In this document: positions 1-13,140 of the stretch, one piece after another | How positions within the stretch are numbered: position 1 is the stretch's first letter | Layout: the number at the start of each line of letters is the position of its first letter | Origin: the human T2T-CHM13v2.0 reference genome, Homo sapiens | Assembly: GCF_009914755.1 (NCBI RefSeq) | Contig: NC_060925.1 | DNA length: 64,000 nucleotides | Strand: one strand, 5' to 3' | Made by a program: the position numbers and the translations under genes | Notes under the pieces: model-generated | Database searches by the model: none | What the model saw: only the letters and a program-made list of their open reading frames with translations | Told to the model about the DNA's origin: nothing

Positions 1-999
1 TTTAAGTGGCAGTTTGTGTGTGTGTGGCGGGGTGAGGGGGAGGGGGAGACAGTATTTTAAAGTGTATTACGTTGTTAAAAACATTCTAATTTCAAAAATA
101 CTAAGATGCCTGACATAAATATGCATCTAAGAATTGAAATATAATACATTATAGAGAAGCATTCGGACATACTGCACTTATGTCAGAGTAACTCAAAAGC
201 CCATTCGTTCATACATCCCTTCATTTAACAACTATTCGTTGAGTGTTTGGCATACAATCTTCTGGGCTACGAATGAGGTGGCTTAAGACATGGTTTACGC
301 AAACCAGAGCTCTAAATTTAGATGGAGATGTGCACTGACAATGTGGTGAGGTAAGTGTTGATGAAGACAGCTATGAGGGGTTGCTACAACACCAAGGATG
401 TGGCAATTAATTGACTAGGGAGGACTTTGGGAATATTTGGAGAAAAAATGGTTATTGAAAGATCAGTGAGGAATCTTTGTCACACTTTCATCTGTTCAGA
501 GTAAAACCAAGCAATGAGGACTAGGACCGCAGACCTGCTCTGGGAATCATATGTGGTGGGCTCATTTCCAGAATCTGGCTGCCATAATGCTCATTTAAAT
601 CATTCTGACTACAAAGCTTTGCTCTTGTGCCCATGCCTACTTTCTTCTATTTCAGCTCTTAATGCTCAGACTCTCCTTTTCAGACACCATTTGGGAACCA
701 CTGTTCCCTGGTTCAACCTCAGCTTTTCCTTGTAGTAACCTTTCTGGCCTTTATTTTCTAACTCCACTCACCATATCTACAGGTAGAAACCACATTTGCT
801 TTCTGCCTTATGTTGAAGCAACCCAGAACCACTCCTCTTCCTTGTGATAGGAGAAAGCAGAAGATCTGGAACACTTCTGTTTGGAGGGTGGCAGGTGGAG
901 AAGATGGGAAGAAAGTATTCTGGGCAAACAGAAGAACATTGTTCTTTCTCACTGGGCAGAGAGTTTCAGGAATTTATACTTTGCTTGATCTATCATAAT

Positions 1000-1095
1000 G
1001 CGGATGGGTATACCTGACTTACAGGATATTGTGAGATTGGAATGAAGGAGAGCATGTAAATACACCCAGCACATAGTAAATATTCAATAAATATA
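1000..1095 (+). mobile_element. MIR SINE fragment (core/3' end)
   Basis: tacctgacttacaggatattgtgagatt...cagcacatagtaaatattcaataaat resembles MIR core. Confidence 0.6.
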
Positions 1096-1403
1096 TATTT
1101 TTTTAATTCCCGTGCCAATGTGATAAGCAGCTTCTGTCAAAGATGTCCTGTTTTCTCCCAGGAGAAGCCATAGGAGATTCCTTTCACAAATACATTTGCC
1201 AGAACATTACCTAGATAACAAGACAAATGGCAATTGAAATTACGTGATGATTTTGACTTAACTATCGCCTCCTGCCTCTCTCAATATACGCCTGGGCAAG
1301 GATTTAATCATGAGGGTCATCTTGACAATCTCATGCTCTGTGGAGAGCTGTTGCATTATTTCATTGGCCAAAATCTTTTAGGACTGAGAATTCCTACTGA
1401 AAA

Positions 1404-1429
1404 GTGTGTGTGTGTGTGTGTGTGTGTGT
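1404..1429. repeat. (GT)n microsatellite
   Basis: Pure GT run seen directly. Confidence 0.95.
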
Positions 1430-4129
1430 TTCAAAATCCATAGGTAGAGTACTATGGTAAAGGGTAGCCAGAGAGGGAGAGAGATTAAGGATGATGCTGA
1501 TAACTCTCAAAATTTCCGTGTAGTTTGGGTCAGAACTAAATAGTATACGTGGTAGTTGGCTATGAGCTAAAGTTTCAGCATGTTTTCTTCGGGATTTTGG
1601 GAATGGCACATGTATTCTGCTTGAATAGAAATAGGCTTAGTTCATTTTAAGTCAAAGAATCATTGAATAATAGATCTCCAGGGTTTGAGGAAGGGGCATT
1701 TGAATTCAATTAATAAAACTATTGTTGATGTTCGATTCACTCTTGATCATCCCAAACAATTGGATATATTCCCTCTCCAGAGAAAATATTTTATCTTTCT
1801 AAGACTCTCAGAAAATAAGAGAATATTTTACATTGCATCTGATTCAGCTGACTTGATGTTCCATCCATTTATCCTAGATTTCCTTTCTGCAGTCATGAGA
1901 ACACATCTTTGTCATCTTGTATGAAAACAATGTAGTTACATAAGCTGCCAGAGGGTTTATCAACATCTTTCAAGTGGCTCTTTGGTATGGGATGGGACAG
2001 GGTATGGAAACTTTGTGCAAACTCAAAGTTAATTCACCCATTACAGCATGTGCAGTATGTTTATAATAAATTAAGGATACTGATTAATTATAAAATTAGT
2101 CTCATTACTACAGCATAATTCTGTACACATAGAACAGATTCACAAGGGACGTGGAAACTTCATGTTTGATAGAACCATCATGAAAGATCCTGAATCAAAA
2201 ACAACTATTTGTGAGCCATTGAAATTCAGGGAATTTCGAAGTTGAGTTTACTTCTTTGGCTTGTAGATTCCATAAGACCAGATTTACAATTGCCTTGCCC
2301 AACTTTGGAAGTAGCTAATTGCAACTGAATTATATAAGCTGCTCCCTATTGACTATATGTGTCCATTTTGAATGTCTTTATCTCCAAATCTCTGTGACAG
2401 GTTAGGTACCTTTCCTAAATAATTCCCTATGCAGAGGTATGTATTAAAAATAGCTTGTCAAATTGACTAAGAGGGAAACTTGATGTTGCCCGGTCCATCT
2501 CCCTACACAGACACATTTTGACACAGTGTATTTGAGTGCTAATAATGACATTAGAAGATGTTGGAAAGAGATCTAATTCAGCATGCAGAAGTGACTTTGC
2601 TGTCATCTCCTATTTTCTGCACAATTGACAGCAGATACTTGGGGCTGAATTTTTATTTCAGGTCAAATTTCCAAGGCATGAGGCTGTCTGTTAGGAACAG
2701 ATAAGACCAAAACCAATACGAGAGCACTTGTTGGAAGTGTCAGTGGTGCTGAGAATTTGAAAGGGATGCTTCAGTTTTCTGTTTAGGACATGACATAACA
2801 ACATATGTTTTAGCAGCCAGAAAAACCAACCAGCAGCTCCCTGTCATTTTTTCTATGGATCCTACTGGGAAGATTTCAGAAGAGAAGTCAGATTTCTTCG
2901 GGAGAAGAGATGATTTTTTTAAAAAAACGTATAGCCTCTTTTGTCATACTATTTTCCCCTAGCCAATACTGCCTAGAATATTTCAAACAAATGCAACTAA
3001 CCAGTATTTTTTTTAGCACAAAGACCAATAAGCCCTAGAATATGACTTTTACAGCCAAAGAACAAACAGAGCTGCATAACTGTATCTAATAAAAAAAGTT
3101 GGAAATCAATAAAGTTGAGGGTTTATAAACTCATTCAGATGTGTTGACCCACTGAATTAAATGGGAAAATTCAGGTGTGTTTTAAAAGTTCCTTTGTAAA
3201 TGTTCTGGGTTAGACTCTAGATAATTGATATTCTCCTGGCTGACAAGAATGGGTCCTGCTCCCTTCAGCTTGAATGTGCCAAGTTAGTATTCACCCAACA
3301 AGCTATAGTTAGCATCACCATTTTATTGCTAAGAGCAATTGATGCCTGGATAATCTTTTGTCACTTTAGCTTTAAATTTGAACTACTTCCACAAAAGTCA
3401 AGGGTTTGTTGTATCAATGGAACAAAAGCTTCAACATCAAAGTTAAAATTTTGAACATGTTCGCAATCCTAAACTTGACAAAAGTCTCTTTTCTGAACAG
3501 AATTCTTTGTACACAAAGGTATCCTGTATTTCTTATACGCCCTCTGAACTAGAATGTAAGTGTATATTTCTCTTCTCCTTTTCTGTGCCTGCTTTATTTT
3601 TATTTTATTAGTATTATTATTTAAACATTTCCTGTGGCATTTGAATTAAAATTTGCCATTTTATTTTTCTCTTCAAGAAGGAGTGATTTAAAACCCAGCC
3701 ATGCACATAAAGATATTATTTGATGTATTGCCTTCAAACATTCGTCATCATAGATGGTTCGTTCTTTGAAATAGAACCCTTGGGGAACCCTAAATTCCAA
3801 ACCTGAAACTACCTTACAGCAGACCCGATTTGTAATTTGTAACAAAAGTGAACCCTCCTGGACTCATTAATCTCAGGAGACTTATGTCTCATATTGTTCT
3901 CATTTTCCAGCAGCCTGGCCCCCGGGTTGAGCACTTTACTTCTTTTTCCATTTCTTCTATGTAGCTGGATTTCTTTTCAATATTCTACATAAACAATAGG
4001 TTTTACAATATGATTGCCACAAGGTCTTTCTATGAATAGATCTCTTTCAAGAGTTTGTGGAATTGTCATTGCTTTAGTCTATATTTATTCAACTTGCATA
4101 AGGTAAAACTATAAAGCTACAGGCCTTTT

Positions 4130-4600
4130 TTTCTTTTAAACAGGCAGAACTTTTCCTGCAACCAAGTGTTGCCTTTTAAAAATAGTCTCTTTGGGAAGTC
4201 TTTGGGAAGCTATGTACCAATTCCAGCAATTCTGCCATTGCCCAAACTTTTCAGGAAACTTCTTTATTTGAATTGCCTTTTGTGCCAGGATGCAATTTTT
4301 AAGAAAATATTTCATTCTTGTTTAAATTATCAACTCATTAATTAATAGTCACTTAACCATTGTTTGCCAATAACAGTATTATCCTCTTCTATTAATTATC
4401 TGGTTATTAAGAATTGACTGCCAAATGACTATTCATTCCTAAACAATGAAACCTGCCATCAAAGGAAGAATGTAATCTTTTGCATAGTTAAAAGACTAAG
4501 TCCTCATCTCCAGGTGCAGTTCTGAGAAAGAACATCCCAAACGATTTTTATCTGTGAGATCACCACCAGAATAGGTGAATTGCCTCCGATGGGCCTTTGT
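4130..4600. mobile_element. MARNA-like non-autonomous mariner relic
   Basis: ttccagcaattctgccattgcccaaacttttcaggaaacttctttatttgaattgcctt and a degenerate inverted counterpart near 4525-4590 resemble MARNA subterminal repeats. Confidence 0.55.
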
Positions 4601-6643
4601 GGGCCTAAAATTGTGTAAATTATTTAGGTAAGCTTTTTTTATTCATTTAATAACATGATTTGCATTTCATGCAAAATACTATATTTTTTCCCTTGGCTAA
4701 TAATTTTTATTTTACTTTCCAGTGAGCACTCAGAGATATCAGGGGATTACAAGTTACCTAGTTTTCTTAGTTCCATTGCAATTGTTTTCCATAAGCCAGC
4801 TGCTCCCCAGTAGGTCCAGATGAAAACACACACACACATGTTTTCAAAAACATTCTATTTATCAAGAAACCCTTTAATGCCTTTTAAGCCAATTTCTGCA
4901 TATTTGTGTAGCTGACATCTGTGTCTTCCAATTACCATGATCCTTTCCTCTTGTGGGAGGCCTTCTCTACATATAAGGAAAGAAAGCAGCAATCATCCAG
5001 GAAATGTTTATATCATTGGAGTATCCCTGTGTTGTAGGAGCTTAATATAAACATTTGAATAATGATTCTTTATCTATCTTTTAAGGCATGCTATGAACCC
5101 TTTAACAAAATGGTAAAGACAGAACAGGCAACTCTTTTGGGAGAAAAGCAAGATGGAACAGCCTTTATTATGTGAGGTAATGGCTTACAAAGCATTCTCC
5201 AACTAGTTAACAGACTATTCTAACTAATGCATAAAGTATAACATGACCTCTCTCCATTTTTTTTTCTTCAGGGCCTGTTGAGGGAGGAGGGACAAATTAA
5301 TTATTCATTCTCATATGACTGTTCCCACTAGGTACAAGGAGGAGAAAACAGCATATAGGTGATTTATAGGCATTGTCGAGTCATCTTCTAACTAAAACTC
5401 TGAAAATCTCTGGCTGTCTTAAACACTGCTGAGCCAGGGATTAAGTCAGGAGGGATTTCTTTGTATCTCAGATTCAATACTTGTAAACACAGAAGGGATG
5501 AGCCTAGTGAGAGAAGAAGTGTAGCCGTGTAGAGAGAGGTCAAATATCCCTGGATGAATTCCTTCTGTGCTGCACACTGTCATTGCAACTAAGAAATTTC
5601 TTTGTATTGAGTAGAATACCAGATATCTTTACCCTAGTATTAAATCTCTGAGAAAAACAGATTTAGTTCAAGAAACTATTGTCCACAGAGACTGTATAAG
5701 AGCGTAAACCTTAAACAACTGATGCCATTTGTGATTTTTAACCAGCTAGAGTGGTTTTTTTCAAAAGTTAATATTTATCTTGCCATAATATTTACCTTCA
5801 CATGGTAAGTGCTGCTATTTTCCCATGACTGCAATGAAGAATTGTGGTAAGATAAACTCACCTCTATAAGATAAATGTCAGATGTTTAATGAAAATCACT
5901 GGATGATCATCCCAGGTTTACTTTGAATTTTCTGAGGGTCTGGCCCTCCAGTAAAATTTAACTCACAAAATTTTCCAAATATAAGTCCCTGTGTTCAAAA
6001 CTGGGGATTATAAGAAATGAATTTTGAGAGAGCACACACCTTAGGGAAGAGATGGTTGGTTGAGGGAAGCAGAGATGTGAATTCTCTATGCCTTTTTGAC
6101 ACTTAATGGTTGAGAGATTCTCTTGGCCTCAGTTTAATCTGTAAAATGAGCAGACTTAACTAGGTAGTCTCCAAGATTCTATCCCCTTGTATGGTTCTGT
6201 GATTCTATGCTGATACATGACCAGGCTGAAGTCCATTGTTTATCATAAATATCATACTCCAGTATTTCAGAAATAAGACATTGGATATAATTTTAAGGAT
6301 AAAAGAGATCTGAGGTATGTCATTTACTGGCAGGAAATCACAAAATATTTGAGAGAATCAGATAGATATATAAAAAACTAAGTGAGAGCTTACTCTTACT
6401 TAAACTTAGGTATTTTCCTAGAAGAAGCTGAAAAGGGATGGGATGCTTGGTTGACGTGTGACAATTTGGGTTATAATTACAAATATTTTGTTCTATTTTC
6501 CATAAGGAGCTCTGATAGACCTCACTTGGCTCTCTTTGATGAGATATTGTAGAGTTGAAATTCTAGAGTGGAATGAAGATTCTCTCACTCTCACTTCAAA
6601 GACAAACACCCCATTTTTATCTGTTTAATGTATTGTACTTCCT

Positions 6644-7013
6644 TGTCTTAGTCTGTTCAGGCTACTATAACAAAGTATCATAGACTGGGTGGCTTAAACA
6701 ACAGAACTTTATTTCTCACGGTTCTGGAGGCTGGACAGTCCAAGATTAAGGCAGCAACAGATTTAGTGTATGGTAAGGGTTCCCTCTCTGCTGCATAGAT
6801 GTCAACTTCTTGCTACATCCTCACCTGGCAAAAGGAATGAACAAACTCCCTGGAGCCTCTTTTATAAGCACAGTAAACACATTCTTGGGGACACCAGACC
6901 TTATGACTTAATCACTTCCCTAAATAACTCACTTCTTAATACTATTGCATTGGGATTACATTTTTAGTATACGAATTTAGGAGTGGGGGTGGACACAAAT
7001 ATTTAGACCATGC
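6644..7013 (-). mobile_element. MaLR solo LTR (MLT1A/MSTD-like)
   Basis: tgtcttagtctgttcaggctactataacaaag...ctcacggttctggaggctgg...gacacaaatatttagacca, typical MaLR LTR ends. Confidence 0.85.
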
Positions 7014-7429
7014 TTTTTGTCAAATCTAATTTTAAGGTAAGAGTCTACTTCTCTAGAGAGTTTTGGCATCAGCAAGATGGCAAAACAGGACTTTCCAGAG
7101 CTCCTCTCCTGTAGAAACATTAATTTGAATAACCATTCATGCATAAAAATATCTTCACAATAATTGTAAAAACCAAGTGACAGATTACAGCACCTGGCTA
7201 TTGCACAGAGATGAAAAAAGATGCATTGAAAAGGGTAGAAAAGATAGTTTTACATTACCTATGTCATCTCTACCTCAACCCCAGGCAGAACAGCATGGAG
7301 ATAAACTCTGCTTAGGGGAAGGACAAAAAACGGGAGTGCTGGACATTACCTTAGACTACAACACTGGGCCTGTGACAGTAAAACTCAGCACTGGGCAGAC
7401 CTTCTCACCAGACTATAGGCCAGTACCTG

Positions 7430-8830
7430 CAGACTGAGCCTCCAGGCCCACCCCAGCACTAGGTTAGATCTTACAGCCCTAAACTCTAGGCCTGCTTGGC
7501 AGACTTTCTGCTGCACCATTTTAGGCTGATTCCAGAGGTCCCAGGCTCTAGACGGGTCCTAATGCCAGGCCAATCCCACATATTTAGTCAGTAGGCCTGG
7601 CTTAGGCTCTGGACCCATGCCAGCACCAGGCCAACCCCTGCAGCCCTAGTCATAAGCAAGCCCTGTGGCCCAGGCTCCAGATCTGGGTTAGGTCTTAGAC
7701 CAGCCCAGAGCCAGGTGGGCCCACTTAGTCTCAGGCTTCAGGCCTTCTCCAGTGCCAGGTTGGCAACCCTGGCTTCAGTCACCAGGCCAGCACGCACAAA
7801 CAGGATCCAGACCTTCTCAGTGCCAAGCTATTCCTGCCACTCTGCCATCCAGATCAGCCCCTACAGCCCCTCCCTCCAGCAGACCTAGAGTCCAGGCCTG
7901 CTCCAGCAAACCCAGAGTTCACACCTTCTCAGTAGACCCCATCACTGGGCCAGCCTCCACAGACCCAGGCCCCAGGACCAACCCTGAAGCTCCAGGCCAA
8001 CACCGACATACCCAGACAGCGTGCCAGTTCCTGCAGACCTAGAGTCTAGCTCCTATTGCTCCAGTCACCAAGCCAGGCCAGCAACTGTGATCCAAGGCAC
8101 TAGACCAGCCTTCTTCTGTATGCAGGCTTCATGCCTGCCCTAGGCTCCAGGATAGTCCCACTGGCCCCAGGATTCAGTGGCCTCAGGGTCCAGGACCAAC
8201 TCAGTAGATCCCAGTGTTAGGCTAGCCTTTATGGACAGAGGCCCCAGGCCCATCCCAGTGGACTCAGGTGCCAGGTCCATCCCAGTGCTAGGTCAGCTCT
8301 TATGGACTCAGGCTTCAGATTGGCTCCACAAATACAATATCCTGGCCCACTTTTTTTTTTTTTTTTTTGAGATAGAGCCTCACTCTGTGGCACAGGCTAG
8401 AGTACAGTGGCATGATCTCAGCTCACTGCAGCCTTCGTCTTCTAGGTTCAAGTGATTCTTGTGTCTTAGCTGCCCAAGTAGCTAGGATTAAAGATACATG
8501 CCACCAAACCCAGCTAATTTTTGTATTTTCAGTAAAGATGGGGTTTCACCATGTTGGCTAGGCTGGTCTTGAACTCCTGGCCTCAAATGATTTGCCCTCC
8601 TCTGTCTCCCAAAGTGTTGCAATTACAGGCTTCTGCCACTGCACCTGGCCTCTACTCTTATAAACCCAAGCTCTAGAACCAGCTCTGTGGATCCAATCAA
8701 TAGGTCCATCCCAGTGGATCAAGGCTCCAGGCCCATTACTGCAAACCTAGGTGCCAGGCCTACCTATCTGCTGACCCAGACACCAAGTCAGCCTACTCAA
8801 GGACTCCAGCAGCAAGCCTGCCTATAGATT
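7430..8830 (+). repeat. Degenerate ~27-bp tandem array in the L1 5'UTR
   Basis: Recurring unit ~GACCCAGGCTCCAGGCCCATCCCAGTG, e.g. adjacent copies at ~8234-8287. Confidence 0.65.
8351..8650 (-). mobile_element. Alu (old, AluJ-like) inserted in L1 5'UTR
   Basis: Poly-T then dimeric Alu reverse complement ending cacctggcc; highly diverged. Confidence 0.95.
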
Positions 8831-9604
8831 ACATCAGACAGCCTGCCTAGAATTTTTAGACAGGCTTACTGGTAAAGGACTTTACCAGTAAAACAAACAA
8901 AGCCAGTCTACAAAGACTTGAATACATCTTTAAATGTGCAAACACTAACATCTGGCCACAAGGATCAAGAACAGTCAGGGAAACATGATACCACCAAAGG
9001 AACAATATAAAGCACCAGTAACAGACCCTAAAGAAATGGAGATTTGTGAATTGCCTGACAAAAAATTTTAAACTAATTGTCTTAAGGAAGCTCAGTCAAC
9101 TTCCAGAAAATGCAGAGGAAAAATTTGGCAAAATCAGGTAATCAATAAACATCTAAAATTAGAAATTTAACATAGAAGTCATAAAAAATTGAACAAAAAT
9201 TCTAGAGCTGAAAAATACAATGAATGAAATAAAAAATACAATAGAATGTCAACAGAATTGATCAAACAGAAGAAAATCTGTAAACTTGAAGACAGGCTGT
9301 TTGGAAGTCCACAGTCAATGGAGGAAAGACAAAGAATAAAAAGAGTTTTCAGGACATATGAGACAGCATCAAAAGAACAAATATTTTAATTATAGGTATA
9401 CAAGAAAAAGAAAATAAAGATAAACTGGAAGACTTATTTAAAGAAAAAGTAGCAGAAAAATTTTCAAATCTGGGGAATAATATAAATATCAAGGTAGAGG
9501 AAGTTCTAAGGTCTCTAATCATTGTCAATCCAAACGAGACTACACAAAGATATCTTATAATCAAATTGTCAAAAATCAAAAACAAAGCAATAATCCTGAA
9601 AGTA

Positions 9605-9682
9605 TAGGTTGGTGCAAAAGTAACTGTGGTTTTACCATTGACAGGAATGGAAAAACCCACAGTTACTTTTGCACCAAACTAA
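9605..9682. mobile_element. MADE1 (Hsmar1-derived MITE) inserted in L1 ORF1
   Basis: taggttggtgcaaaagtaac...gttacttttgcaccaaactaa palindrome flanked by TA; interrupts the ILKxxREK motif of ORF1. Confidence 0.93.
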
Positions 9683-10884
9683 TAGTAAGAGAAAAGAAGT
9701 ATATCACATATAAGGGAGTTCCAGTAAGGCTAGTAGCGGTCTTCTCAGCAGAAACCTTATAGGCAAGGAGAGTGGGTGATATATTCAAAGTACTGAAGAA
9801 AAAATACTGCCAACCAAGAATAATGTTTCTAGCAAAACTGTCCTTCAGAAATGAAGAAGAGATAAAAAGTTTTTCAGACAAACAAAAGCTGAGGGAGTTT
9901 ATCACAGCCAAATTTGTCTTACAAAAAATGCTAAAAGTATTTCTTCAAACTGAAAGACAAAGATGATAATTAGTAGCACAAAAACATGAAAGTATAAAAC
10001 TTATAGATAAAAGCAAAAGCCTATAAAACTCATTGATAAAAGTAAGTACACAGTCAAATTCAGTATAATCTAATACTCTAGAGGTAGGCTATAGATTACT
10101 TATATTTTCAGTGCAAAGGTTAAATAACAAAACTATTGAAAATAATAACACCTATAATAATTTGTTAATGGATACCCAATATAAAAAGATGCCAATTGTG
10201 ACATTGAAAACAGAATGCAAGAGTAGATATGGAGTAAAAATGTTTTTTATTTGCTCAAAGTTAAGTTGTTGTCAGATTATAATAGTGTGTATATTTTATA
10301 TAAGCCTTATGCAAACCTCAAAGGACAAGTCTATAGTAGATACACAAAAGATAAACAGTAAGAACTAGAGAATAACACTTTATAAATCACCTATCACAAA
10401 GGAAGACATGAGAGAGAAAGAAAGGAATAAAGGAGCTACAAAAAATAAAAACAAACAGAAAACCAGAAAATAACTCACAAAATGGCAGTAGTAAGTCCTA
10501 AGCTATCAACAATTTCTTTGACTGTAAATGGATTAAATTCTAAAATCAAAAGCATTAGAGTGGCGGAAGGAGTTTAAAAAAAAAAGACTCAACTGTATCT
10601 GTTTACAAGAGAGTCATTTCACCTTTAAGAATATACATACCTGGAAAGTGAAGAGATAGAAATGGATATTCTACACAAATGGAAACCAAAAGAGAGCAGG
10701 GTGCTAAGTATATCAGACAAAATTGACTTTAAATCAAAAGCTGTAAGACAAAGAAGGTCATGATATGATGACATAAGGCTCAATTCATCAAGAGGTCATA
10801 ACAATTGTAAATAAATTTTCAGCCAATACTGGAGCACCTAAATATATGAAGAAAACATTAATAGATCTGGAAAGAGACATAGAC

Positions 10885-12190
10885 CTGGCTATTGTGAATG
10901 AACATGAGAGTGCAGATATCTTTTCTGCATACAGATTTCAATTATTTTGTATATAATGCCCAGAAGTAAGATTGCTGGATCATATGTCAATTCTATTTTT
11001 AGTTATCTGAGGAACTTCTGTATGTTTTCCTTGATGCTTGTACTAATTTACATTCCCACCAACGATGCACAGCAGTTATTTCCTTTTCTTCATACACTTG
11101 CTAACACTTACCTTTCATCTTTTGGATAGTAGTCATTCCAATACGTGTGATGTAATATCTCATTGTGGTTTTAATATTCGTTACTCTGATGCTTACCAAT
11201 GATGAGCACTTTTTCATATATCTGTTGACCATTTGTATGTCTTCTTTTGAGAAATATCTATTTAGGTTCTCTGCCCATTATTTCATTGGATTATTTGTTT
11301 TATTTGTTATTGAGTTGTTTGAGTCTCTTAAATATTTTGGATATTAACCACTTATCAGATATATAGTTTGCAAATATTTTCTTTCAATACATGGATTGTC
11401 TCTTCACTCTAATAGTTTTTTATTTTGTTTTGTTTTTGTTTGTTTTTTTGCTGTGCAGAAGCCTTTTAGTTTGATGCAATTCCATGTTTATTTTTTACAT
11501 TTGTTGACTGTGCTTTTGAGGTTATATTAAGAAAATTTTTGCCCAGAACAATGTTTTGGGGCATTTCTCCTACGTTTTCTTCTAATAGTTTTACAGTTTT
11601 AGGTCTTATGTTTACATCTTTAATTCACTTTTTTTAAGTTAATTTTTGCATATGGTATGAGAAAAGGGTCAAATTTTATTCTTCTGCAGGGGAATCTCCT
11701 GTTTTTCCAAGAAAGTTTATTGAAGAGACTATCCTTTCCCCATTGTGTGTTCTTGGCACCTTTGTTGAAAATCAATTGACTGTAAATGTATAGATTTATT
11801 TCTGGGCTCTCTCTTCTATTCTATTGGTCGATATATCTGTTTTTCTGTTTACCATGTTATTTTATTCACTATGGCTTTGCAGTATATTTTTTTATGTCAG
11901 ATAGTATAATGCTTCCAGTTTTGCTCTTTTTTAAAAAAAATCAAGATTGCCTTGGTTGTTCGGGGTCTTTTGTGGTTCTATACAAATTTTAGGATTTTTT
12001 TTCTACTTATGTAAAAATGTCATTGGAATTTTGATAAGGATTGCATTGAATCTGTAGATCACTTTGTTTAGTACAAACATTTTAAAACTATTAGTTCATC
12101 AAATCAATGAACACAAAATACCTTTACATTTCTCTATGTGTTCCACTGTTTGTTTCATCAGTGTTTTATATTTTTCAGTCTACAGATCCT
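10885..12190 (-). mobile_element. LINE-1 (L1MA-like) ORF2 C-terminal region, antisense
   Basis: tacattcccaccaac, tgtgcagaagccttttagtttgatg, gattgcattgaatctgtagatcacttt are reverse-complement L1 ORF2 motifs. Confidence 0.88.
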
Positions 12191-12194
12191 TAAG

Positions 12195-12301
12195 GTTGGT
12201 AATTAAGGTTAAATGAGGTCATAAGGATGGTGCCCTGATCCAATAAGATTAGTGCCCTTGTAAAAATAAACACTGGAATAGACAGTGGAAAATTCATTCT
12301 C

Positions 12302-12340
<39 letters not shown>

Positions 12341-12544
12341 ATTCACTGAGGAAAGTCTCTGTGAGAATGTAGTAAGAAGGTGGCCCTATGCAAGCCAGGA
12401 AGAGCACCCTCACCAGAAACAGAATTGACCAGAACCTTGATCTTGGAGTTCCATCCTCCAGAAGTGTAAAAAAAAAAAGAATTTCTTTTGTGTAAGCCAC
12501 CAGTCTATAACGTTTTGTTATGATAGCCCAGGCAGACTAAGATA
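12195..12544 (+). mobile_element. MaLR LTR (MLT1A/B-like), 5'-truncated, with internal (GT)n
   Basis: aaggttaaatgaggtcataagg...gcaagccaggaagagcaccctcaccagaaac...cagactaagata. Confidence 0.8.
12305..12339. repeat. (GT)n microsatellite
   Basis: Pure GT run seen directly. Confidence 0.95.
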
Positions 12545-12619
12545 AGAACACAAATACATATCACATGAGGGAAATAGGTTTATCTTGAAATAACTTTATA
12601 GACATATGTTTTCTCTATG

Positions 12620-12725
12620 GTAACCAGTTTTAATTTGCATTACTCTGATGTTTAGCAATGATGAACATTTTTTCCTATATCTCTTAACCATTTGTGTGTC
12701 TTTTTTTGAGAAATGTCTATTTCAA
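12620..12725 (-). mobile_element. Short L1 fragment
   Basis: gttttaatttgcattactctgatg...gagaaatgtctattt, homologous to 11165-11265. Confidence 0.65.
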
Positions 12726-12999
12726 GAAGAACTGAAATAAAAACAAAATGCAGTGTATAACTAATTATTAGCAACCACTCTGTATGTGCACATAATATGT
12801 ATATGCTGTTGTACCTAGGACTGAGTTGGTAGAAGATGGAGCTAGGAATATGGACTCTGTAGATGTGAATAGTCATAAAAAAACTATGATGTATATGTCT
12901 TGTGCAAATTAGCTCACCTACAAACTTAAATTCTGGAGAGCAGTATTATACACATCAGCACACTGTGGAAGTGCAAAAAAAATCAGCAATAACAAAATT

Positions 13000-13140
13000 G
13001 GTGAGAGGTAGGTGGCAAAATCTTATTATCATTTTATAGAGGAGAAAAAATGTGCAGCAGAAAGGTCAAATATCTTGTTCAAAGTGACACAGAATAGCAG
13101 AGTTGAGCCTCAGAATTATTAACTTCTGTTTTCTAATCTA
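13000..13140 (-). mobile_element. MIR fragment
   Basis: attatcattttatagaggagaaa...aggtcaaatatcttgttcaaagtgacacag. Confidence 0.55.

Larger units (their letters stand above)
7058..10884 (+). mobile_element. Old LINE-1 (L1M/L1MA-type) 5' half: 5'UTR, decayed ORF1, start of ORF2 endonuclease
   Basis: AAGATGGC at 7074; ORF1 remnants (QPRIMFLAKLSFRNEEEIKSFSDKQKLREF, ORF 9772-9966); ORF2 start atggcagtagtaagtcc...gtaaatggattaaattc near 10482. Confidence 0.85.

Noticed and set aside
26-47. G-quadruplex
   Set aside because: Only three G-runs of at least 3 plus a GG; sits at the window edge with no context.
345-356. Strong splice donor gag|gtaagt (also catg|gtaagt near 5801)
   Set aside because: Isolated motifs without a convincing acceptor or coding frame; expected by chance.
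7430-8830. CRISPR-like repeat/spacer array
   Set aside because: Units are degenerate and contiguous without unique spacers; eukaryotic L1 5'UTR context and no cas genes.
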